Shown: one piece after another, positions 11,931 through 21,308 of the stretch
Position numbering within the stretch: the stretch's first letter is position 1
How the letters are laid out: each line of letters opens with the position of its first letter
Source: Nemertoderma westbladi
Taxonomy: Eukaryota; Animalia; Xenacoelomorpha
Length of the DNA: 37,166 bases
Reading direction: 5' to 3'
NCBI GenBank assembly: GCA_032718475.1
Contig: JAUCBJ010007835.1
Coordinates: 1-37,166, forward strand
Made by a program: the position numbers and the translations under genes
The notes under the pieces: model-generated
What the model was told of the DNA's origin: nothing
The model's database searches: none
Seen by the model: only the letters and a program-made list of their open reading frames with translations

Positions 11931-12313
11931 CGCATACAGTTGCATTAATGTGAGGCTCGGCGCCAGGGCCCACATCTTTGAAGGAGCGCCCATGGGATGA
12001 ATACAGGTTTTCGGTTGAAATTATTTTGGAATTATGAAGAATTTTGTAGTTTTTTTAAATTATTTAAGTTTTCTTAAATTATTAATTTAAGTGTTTTAGT
12101 TAAAAAAAAAGTGCTTATTTTAAGTGTTTTATAGCGCTTATTTCTTTCCTATAACCTTGTACAGATACTAATTCGTTTATTGTTTTGCTGGATTTTTACT
12201 TTTTTTTGTGAAAACATGTATTCTTCACATATGGGTAAACTCAAACTGAAATAGTTCGCGTAGAAATTCCCCTGGATGTTTCAATTTTAATTGCGTTAAG
12301 ATCCCCACCCCAC

Positions 12314-12759
12314 GGGTGACTACAAAACATAGACCCAAATAGTAAAGACCTGCATAATATTGTAAAATGTGTTAACTTTCGTTTATTGTTTTGGTTCCCC
12401 CAACACGTCTTTGTAACCTGCTCCTTTACTAACCTGCTCCTTTAAATGGCAATGGCACCTAACGCTCTTTGGGACCTGTACAAAACAAAGAGGTGAATTC
12501 GCCTTAGGTCCCTAAGAGCGTTAGGTCCCAAAGAGCGTTAGGTCCCAAAGAGCGTCAGGTCCCATTTCCATAGATCGTTAGGTCCCATTGCCATAGATCG
12601 TTAGGTCCCATTGTCATAGAGCGTTAGGTCCCATTGCCATTTAAAGGAGCAGGTTACAGATGCGTTTTGGGGGAACCAAAACAATAAACTAAAGTCAACT
12701 CATGTGTTTTGTACAGGTCTTTATTATTCGGGTATTGGGTCTTTGTTTTGTAGTCACCC
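12314..12759. mobile_element. Composite fold-back: two inverted element ends around an inner small TIR unit with an 18-23 bp tandem repeat
   Basis: GGGTGACTACAAAACA...GTAACCTGCTCCTTTA is mirrored by TAAAGGAGCAGGTTAC...TGTTTTGTAGTCACCC. Inner ATGGCAATGGCACCTAACGCTCT / AGAGCGTTAGGTCCCATTGCCAT with ~7 CGTTAGGTCCCA-like copies. Confidence 0.75.
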
Positions 12760-13331
12760 CCCAACCCACCTAGCTGAGTATTAACTTAACATTTACCTTA
12801 CCATGAGTCCATGCGATTTTTATGTAATACATTATGGATGTATTAGGCTACATGAACCATGTACAACTGCATGATGTATGTACTCGAATCCCGGTCATCT
12901 CTTAACGATCTGTTACTGCAGCTCTTGTGGTCTGTGGAATCGTTTGTCAGACGATATGCGCTCTATGTTTGAATTATTAATCACAATTCATTTTAACTTA
13001 AATCTAAACTATAATTGTACCAGCACAACGTATCTATCACGTGCGCATTGGTCGAGAAATTCACTGCTTTTGATCGAATATATTTCCTACTATTATAGTA
13101 CGACTACGACAATATGAAAGACTACTGGTACTATCTCCTTAAACTATGGAATATTCTAATTTTAATATTTTCTACCTATGGTTGGCGTGTTGCGTTGCAT
13201 TTCCATCTGCACTAAGGATGATATGCAGGCGTATCGGTAAAATAAATTGCTAACTAACAAATCTTTTACTACACATGACTTTCGCGAAATTACTCGCAAC
13301 TTCAAAGGCCAGTGCATGACCTAACACTATA

Positions 13332-14331
13332 CACCATGTCCTGGAATATAGTGTCGTTATTCTGGTAACCCCCCCCCCCCCCCCCCCCCACCCCCAAAAA
13401 AAAAATTTCTACAAATCTTAATGAGATTGCATGAAATTTGAAACAGAGATAGTTTCACCTCACGACCACTGACTGGGTGAGCCAGAATTTTAATTTTTAC
13501 TTTCATTCTTTAGCTACAAGCGTTTGAAAAAGGTGTCTCCGTCGATATTGCACCAGTTACACCGCAGTTATTCTTCAACCTTATAGCGATTTGTTGATAT
13601 TGATGGAAAGCTGGCCATACAAGGATTCCAAATATGTAACACAATCTGAATTTGGTTGGGAAACAGCTGATATGAGCGTTCAAATGTTGCATGGTTTTAC
13701 ACCTGCGCGTGCGCATTTTATTATATTTAATAAATACACCATATTCTAGAATATTTTGTTTATCCAAATGCGTAGCTGGGCAACAATGCATTACATCTTT
13801 AATCATACTATTAAGTAGCTATTCATACATTTAACAATTATCACATGTAGCTGGGCAACAATGCAATAACTCTGTAATCATACTATATTGTCGCCCCTAT
13901 TCGTACACAAACAAAGCGTTCCAGAATATGGATTATTTATTAAATAGAATAAAATAGCCTCGCGCAGATGCAAAATCATGTAACATTTGAACGCTCATAT
14001 TTCAGCTATTTTACGACGAAATTCAGATTGTAGTTCATATTTGGAATCCTTGCACAGCCAGAGCTGTCCGTCAATATCAACAAATCGCTATACTGTTAAA
14101 GAATATCTGCGGTGTAACTGGTGCAATATCGACGGAGACACTTTTTTTTAAAGCTTGTAGCTAAAGAACGAACGCAAAAATAAAAATTCTGGCTCACCCA
14201 GCAAGGAGGAGGGAGATGAAACTATCTCTGTTTCAAATTTCATGCAATTTCATTACGATTTGTAGAACAATTTGGGGGGGGGGGGGGGGCGCATGTACCA
14301 GAATAACGACACTATGTTCCAGGACATGGTG
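13332..14331. mobile_element. 1.0-kb non-autonomous Tc1/mariner-like element with ~415-bp imperfect TIRs, TA TSD
   Basis: TA|CACCATGTCCTGGAA...TTCCAGGACATGGTG|TA. Arms ~13332-13751 and ~13919-14331 align as inverted repeats; the short spacer has an internal duplication (GTAGCTGGGCAACAATGCA x2). Confidence 0.9.
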
Positions 14332-14841
14332 TATGCATAGTAGGTAATGGCCAATGTTCTTTAACACTGGTCATCAACTAAGCCTATCAAGAAAGTCATA
14401 GGCCACAATGCTTATCCCTCCATGAGGCCGCTAAAGCACAAGAATGCCCAAGGGTTGGTCCTCACGGAGAACGCAATGTCCTGCAAATCGGAGGCGGCTC
14501 CGTTCAAACTTGGTGAGTCTAATGTGACACTAATATTTATGTCTGATTGGAGATGTGTACCTGTACATTGTACTTAACACAATTAACATGTTGTAGTACT
14601 TTGTGTATATGTGCCATCCAGGATTCGTTCCATCCCCACTACTATGAAAATGATATATGGGTCAATAAGCTTAAAAGTGGCCAAAAAGGGGTACAAATTG
14701 ACCGAAAAATTTTTGTCGGAAATTAGTGCCATACCATACATCATTCGAAAGATAATTTCATGGGGAATCTTGTGATGGTAGATGGAGAGCATGACGCACT
14801 GCTCAAAGGGAAATATATGGCAAAAACTAATGTCATATCTG

Positions 14842-15023
14842 TAACGTGATAATTGAAAGTACCGACATACTGACTAATGGGGCTTAGTGGTATATAAATA
14901 TAATAAATGGATAAACACTAATTAGATTAAGGGGTGTAAGACTTTAGTGTTTACCCATTTATTATATTTATATACCACCAAGCCCCATTAGTCAGTGTGT
15001 CGGTACTTTCAATTATTACATTA
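14842..15023. repeat. 80-bp-arm inverted repeat with 22-nt loop (MITE-like hairpin); partial copy at ~15612-15663
   Basis: Arms 14842-14921 and 14944-15023 differ at about 5 positions. Loop plus start of the right arm recur at 15612. Confidence 0.85.
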
Positions 15024-17004
15024 TGAAGTTAAGCAGAATTCCGACAATTACTGCAAATTGTAAAATCTAATATATTTTTTATACTGTGTGTGTTTGCCCC
15101 AGCAACCTACCAGTTTTCCATTGGTATCACTGATTTACTTACTGTATAGGGTTCCAATGTTCTGTGGTCTGATGTCTGTTTGGGATAGGTGGTAACAGAG
15201 TTCATGGTGCGATTTTTTAGGTCATTGGTGCAATATAGATAGGCTTTGGGTAATCCTTTGTTCAGCTGATGAGGTGTCGAGATTACCGCGTACTGGGTCT
15301 CAGACACCGAAACGCAACCATATTTTTGATAAAATTAATTATTTTTGCTTGAGTTCTACCCCTTTACGGCGACAAAATGTCATATATTTTTCTATAGAAT
15401 ATAGGCTTAGCTATTGTGCAGTATACTACCGGTATCATTTAGTGTATGGCGGTTAGGTTGGGGTTAGGGTGCGATACATACCTGTATGTTGAGCATGTTT
15501 CAATATATTTGTTTATGTCGTTTTTGTTTGTATTATTTTGTGTCGTTTTTTTTGGCCTTAGGGCTGAGTACTACTTAGGGCTTAATGTCCTGATCCTATG
15601 TTTTTTTTTTGTTAGATTAAGGGGTGTAAGACTTTAGTGTTTACCCATTTATTATATTTATATCTGTAACGTTTTTGTCTACCACTGTAACGCATTACAG
15701 TGATGACATTTATGGGACAAACGTCTGTAACGGCCATCTGTAACGGTAATTATGTTATGTGGATTTTGCAGTATTTATAACTTATTGATTCGACAATAAG
15801 GTAATTTATTGGACAAACATCTGTAACAAACAGCGATATCTGCCCATAACCATCGCATCCATTAAATTATATGTACTTAATACACATGATCTCCAATAAA
15901 TAGAAAAAGTTTTTCACAAACATTTTCCTGTGTAACCGATAATCTTGTTTTACACGATTATTTTTATCCCGTGTTAAATTTTCTCTATCGCGCCGCTTTT
16001 TATATGCTTAAGTTTAAAATACTCTGTATAACAACCGCGGTCCATTTTTTATCTGTACTTATTTAACGGCTCCCTGGCGTTTCTCTGCAACTGATTCAGA
16101 GACGTCCATTACCTCATCCAATAAACGGATCTGACTAAACTTATCACAATAATATTAGTGCACAAGTCCGTCATGTAAGTCAGTAAGTGATGTTAAGCCA
16201 ATGATTTAGAAATTGATAGTAAAATATAGGCCTTTTATACGCATTAGAGTATTTAATCATTAGAGTAAATTATAATCTTACATTGAAGTTACACAAGACT
16301 CACTGATAACAGTCACTGGATTATTTACTTTTGTTTATTTATTGCTTCATGACAGATGAAATTAGACATACAAATTTATTGAAGTCTATCTATATACTGT
16401 ACGTCTGCAGACCCTAATCATGAAAAACGAAAAACAAAACATTGGGCAAAGGATGAGTTTGAACATGAGTTTACACCACAAACATGAGTTTAGTTGATAT
16501 TATAGGAGTTGGTACAAGTGAAGCTGATAGTGATGAACCAGGATTCAAGGTTTCCAGGTTTCAAGGATTCGATTTTGGTGAAAGAACATTAATAATAAGT
16601 AAATATGGTTAATGTTAAATTGTCATTTATACTGTAGTTATTTATAATTCAAACTCTGTAGTTAGTTAAATTTTAAATTTGTTGTTTTTAATATTTTGTA
16701 TTGATTATCTATGCTTTGCATCCTTAAGTGGTAGATAAATGAGTACTGGAGTTTGCTCTGGGGAGTATAGTCCTGGGGGGACTATACCTGGAAATAAGTT
16801 GTCAAACTTTTTGCGTAATCCCTGTGCCCTATTCGCTCATTGGCTGGCATGGAAACGGAGGGAAATTCAATTTAAATTGTATATCAATGATTTGTTCTTT
16901 GTTTGCAAACTTACAAACATTATTCACTACTCACGCATTCAATAGCCTATGTATCGGGTCTGCCTATCCAAATTGTAAGTTAATTTTTGTTAAATCGAAT
17001 AAAT

Positions 17005-17994
17005 ATGGCTGAATTAATAAAACTTCATTCTGGAGCTGCGATCCCTTCGGTTGGATTAGGTACGTGGAAGAGCGCGGCTGGAGAGGTTGGGACCGCAGTA
17101 GCAACTGCGATAGAGTTGGGCTACCGGCATCTGGATTGCGCTTACTCGTACCGCAACGAGAAGCAGATAGGGGAAGTTCTGAACGACGTGTTTAACGACC
17201 CCGTCAAGGGCGTCTCCAGAGTCGATATGTTCCTCACGTCGAAACTCTGGAACAGTCACCATCACCCAGGCGACGTCGAGGAATACTGCAAGAGGAGCAT
17301 CTCGAATCTGCGAAGCGATTACATCGATCTGTACCTGATGCACTGGCCGATGGCGTATAAACGAGGGGACGTTATCTTCCCGAAAGCGCCAGACGGTACA
17401 GTAGAAGGACTAGACGTAGATTACTTAGATACCTATAAGGCGATGGAGGAGCTTGTAGATAAAGGTTTCTGTAAACACATCGGAGTCAGTAATTTCAATT
17501 TACAACAGTTGAAACGAGTCGTGGAAAATTCGAGAATTAAGCCGAGCGCGTTGCAGGTTGAATGCCATCCGTACCTGAACCAATCGGAGCTGCTGACGTA
17601 CTGCCAGTCCCAGGGGATCGTACTGGAAGCCTACTCACCATTGGGCAGCCCAGACAGACCGGGGGCGGGGGACTCTACCGATGACGTCACGCCCTTACTG
17701 AAACATCCCGATATAGCGAGTTTAGCTGCTCGGATAGGGAGGAGTGTGGCCCAGGTGCTAATCCGGTTCCAAGTGCAGCGAGGAGTGGTGGTGCTCCCCA
17801 AATCGGTTAACCCCGATCGACTCAAGGAGAATGTCAATGTGTTCGACTTTGAACTCGATGAGGAAGCTATGACGACACTGATGGGACTGCATTGTAACAG
17901 AAGGTATATTCTACCGAGATTCAAGAATTCCCAAGGCGTCTTTGTCAATAGAGACCCAGGACGCAAATATTACCCCTTCCAAGATGATAACTAA
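17005..17994 (+). CDS. Aldo-keto reductase family 1 (aldehyde/aldose reductase-like), single-exon CDS, 329 aa
   Basis: GLGTW; catalytic tetrad in HLDCA (D), AYSYRNE (Y), TSKLW (K), LMHWP (H); IGVSNFN, QVECHPY, AYSPLGSP, LPKSVNPDR. First ATG at 17005; AATAAA at 18049 and ~18065. Confidence 0.95.
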   Translation: MAELIKLHSGAAIPSVGLGTWKSAAGEVGTAVATAIELGYRHLDCAYSYRNEKQIGEVLNDVFNDPVKGVSRVDMFLTSKLWNSHHHPGDVEEYCKRSISNLRSDYIDLYLMHWPMAYKRGDVIFPKAPDGTVEGLDVDYLDTYKAMEELVDKGFCKHIGVSNFNLQQLKRVVENSRIKPSALQVECHPYLNQSELLTYCQSQGIVLEAYSPLGSPDRPGAGDSTDDVTPLLKHPDIASLAARIGRSVAQVLIRFQVQRGVVVLPKSVNPDRLKENVNVFDFELDEEAMTTLMGLHCNRRYILPRFKNSQGVFVNRDPGRKYYPFQDDN

Positions 17995-18427
17995 ATCCCT
18001 TGTAGTCTAACAGACAGAGAGAGTGTGCGTGGTAGTCATATGTTCCATAATAAAGGTTACTAACAATAAAGACATGGTACCTTATTGGTTGTTTTATTAC
18101 TTAGAGCCGGGTGTTATACCCACCTAAAAGTTGCTAATTTAATAAATTTTGGAATATTTAATGTGATATTCCATCGATGTGTTGTTTACATGTTACTAAA
18201 ACACACGTTTGATGGCAAACACATGGCGATATATTATTATTTTTATCGTACACCATTTCGCAATGTTGTGCGTTATAAATTATAAATTAAATAACTCAGG
18301 CAAATAAATTGAAATTCAGTAATTTACGGGAAATACTGGGTGAAAACACATAAAAGTTGCCAAATTGGAGACATTTTTAGCAAAAAATAAAGTTTCTCAA
18401 AACTCAACATGATATATATTCTGAAAC

Positions 18428-19294
18428 CTAGATGTACTTTTCTTTACTCACCTTCCCGACCCCCCATCCAGTAGTTCCCTAGATGTACTTTTCTTTACTC
18501 ACCTTCCCGACCCCCCATCCAGTAGTTCCCTAGATGTACTTTTCTTTACTCACCTTCCCGACCCCCCATCCAGTAGTTCCCTAGATGTACTTTTCTTTAC
18601 TCACCTTCCCGACCCCCCATCCAGTAGTTCCCTAGATGTACTTTTCTTTACTCACCTTCCCGACCCCCCATCCAGTAGTTCCCTATATGTACTTTTCTTT
18701 ACTCACCTTCCCGACCCATCCAGTAGTTCCCTAGATGTACTTTTCTTTACTCACCTTCCCGACCCCCCATCCAGTAGTTCCCTAGATGTACTTTTCTTTA
18801 CTCACCTTCCCGACCTCCCATCCAGTAGTTCCCTAGATGTACTTTTCTTTACTCACTTTCCCGACCCCCCATCCAGTAGTTCCCTAGATGTACTTTTCTT
18901 TACTCACCTTCCCGACCCCCCATCCAGTAGTTCCCTATATGTACTTTTCTTTACTCACCTTCCCGACCCATCCAGTAGTTCCCTAGATGTACTTTTCTTT
19001 ACTCACCTTCCCGACCCCCCCATCCAGTAGTTCCCTAGATGTACTTTTCTTTACTCACCTTCCCGACCCCCCATCCAGTAGTTCCCTAGATGTATTTTTC
19101 TTTACTCACCTTCCCGACCCCCCATCCAGTAGTTCCCTAGATGTAATTTTCTTTACTCACCTTCCCGACCCCCCATCCAGTAGTTCCCTAGATGTACTTT
19201 TCTTTACTCACCTTCCCGACCCCCCATCCAGTAGTTCCCTAGATGTACTTTTCTTTACTCACCTTCCCGACCCCCCATCCAGTAGTTCCCTAGA
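18428..19294. repeat. Minisatellite, 51-bp unit (CTAGATGTACTTTTCTTTACTCACCTTCCCGACCCCCCATCCAGTAGTTCC), ~17 copies
   Basis: Highly homogeneous tandem array between the convergent AKR and MTHFR genes. Confidence 0.97.
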
Positions 19295-20162
19295 TAAAAT
19301 TTTGGCAGTGGACTTTCAAGGATACTAGAATGACGGCTTCCACTCCGCAACCCGCTGCAGATGGCGACTGAAAATCCCCATTTCATCTGCACAAATATTA
19401 TGTCGCTGGGCTGAGCTGATACTGATGGATTTGCTTTTTGCTTGCTTATGCTGATACTGCCGTTGTAGAGACTCCAGATTGGAAGTTACCCCCCCCCCCC
19501 CCCCCCCCCCTTATAACTATACTAACAATCAATGTATGACCCATCCTCACTTCGTAACTACAAACCGCAAATCTGAAGTTAAACATTTTATATGTGTTTT
19601 AATAATGTTAGTTTTTGTTACACATAGAATACCATTCAATAAATATAAACGTAAACAATCAAAATGCAAAAAGCAAATAAATACAAAGCAATAAAAATGT
19701 AATAATCTGTATTTAGTTATAAAATTATGTGCATAAATACACCGGCCAGCACCAAAATAAATAGCAACGTTTAATGGGAGGTAAATCGTTTGAATGCTAT
19801 GATCAACAATCACTATATAGTTGTGGTCAAAAGCCGAAAGAAAGTATGTCACATCAAAACGCATCTGCACCCCAGAATACGATGGTACTGAATCTCTCAT
19901 GTTTAATCGTCGACCGCCACCGCGGTCAAACTGGAAACTCCATCGAGTGTTGAATCTCCAACAAACATTTTTCGTGGCGTCCGATGGAGAATCAATTACA
20001 ATAACATAGAGCGGAAGCATTTAATTATAGATATGACGGAGTCTAGTGGGTTAATGATGAAATCAATGGTTGTTACCGTATACCACAAAGAGTCTTCACA
20101 CTCCAATCATGCTGCTAGTGTACACCGTAACAGTTTACTAAGGAAGTGGGTTGCTTCCTCCC

Positions 20163-20388
20163 TCAGCCCCTAGTTGCGGCCATTCTAGGACTTCCTGTTG
20201 TTTCTCTCTCCAATGCGGCGTCCACAATCTCCCACAAACAGCTATCCTTCGGGTAGTCGTTGTCCACAAGGTTTACCAACATGTAAGTTGCGCGAATTTT
20301 CTCGATAACGGCTCGCGATTTGCTTCCGGTTTCGTACAGCTTTCCCCAGTATTCCGTCCACAAATCGAAGGCTTCATCTTTCCAGATT
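20163..20388 (-). CDS. MTHFR: MTHFR last coding exon
   Basis: cacag|A ATC TGG AAA GAT GAA GCC TTC = (R)IWKDEAF...[11 protein letters not shown]...stop TGA; phase matches the previous exon. Confidence 0.92.
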
Positions 20389-21094
20389 CTGTGAATGAAA
20401 TATGAATTTCAGCTGTCAAATAATGCGATAAACCGTAATATGACGTAATCGACCGTCATACAATGTAGTCAGACGTCATATAATTTATGACATGTAGAGA
20501 GAAAGCAGAGCAAAGACTAAGCGAACGAAAGTCATTTCTAATATATAATAACTTTAATTTATCCTGAAATGGGCATTAAAAAAAGAAAGAACATTAATTT
20601 AAACAGTGGTTTTTTTTTATAAAACTGTGATTTCATAATAAAGCTGTGGTTTTGTACTGTTTTTTCATAAAAAATACCACTTCTTAACTTATTGACAAAA
20701 TCATAAACCACGGTTTAATTTCCAAACTATGGTTTTATTGTTAAAAAAAACGGATATTTTTCACAGAAAACTACATATTGATACAAATCTCTTTCATTGC
20801 CCTCCTAAATCCTGAAAACTACGGTTTTTATTATAAATGAAAATGCCGGTTTTTCGAAAATAACCTTGCTTTAAAAATCTTGCTAAAATGCCCGAGGTTA
20901 TTATCGAAGAACGGGGGGGGGGGGGGGGGGTGTTTGTTTTTTGAAAAATCAGTTTCGTTATCTCAGTGTAAATTTGTAGGGAAAAAGTCCAAATATTATT
21001 TATTATACTGAAAACGTCTGTCATAAATCGATTAAAAGGGCCAATTCCGTGGAATAAATAATTAATATTCATTAACAACTGTAATTTGGAATAC

Positions 21095-21258
21095 CTGAAT
21101 GACAGCGGATCAACCACAGTTGGCTGTATGATCTCAGACCCAGGGAAGACACCCCACGTCACGGCGATGGGTTTCTCGTCCATGTGTTCGGTGGTTTTAT
21201 CGATGGCTCCAGTTGCATCGACGATGTGGTAGTTGACGTTGCGATAATCCCGAAGCAC
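21095..21258 (-). CDS. MTHFR: MTHFR internal exon (regulatory domain)
   Basis: cttag|GTG...TTC AG|gtattc; VNYH...[25 protein letters not shown]. Confidence 0.93.
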
Positions 21259-21308
21259 CTAAGAAAAAAAATAAAAATAAAGAAAACATCCTTTAAAAAC
21301 TCACATAT

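Noticed and set aside
11166-11994. hAT-like element CAGGGGCGTC...GCGCCCATG
   Set aside because: The ends are only weakly complementary and there is no 8-bp TSD.
16987-17004. TTG start of the 335-aa AKR ORF
   Set aside because: Eukaryotic gene; the first ATG at 17005 gives a typical AKR length.
17056-17966. Antisense ORFs over the AKR gene (likewise over Miro and the transposases)
   Set aside because: Shadow ORFs of GC-richer coding sequence with no recognisable motifs.
18428-19328. CRISPR-like array or repeat protein (SSSSLDVLFFTHLPDPP)n
   Set aside because: No unique spacers, no cas genes, eukaryotic context; the frame is broken by C-run indels.
20794-21094. C-terminal extension of the 154-aa ORF
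   Set aside because: Read-through into the intron beyond the GT donor at 21094; MTHFR homology resumes at 20388.
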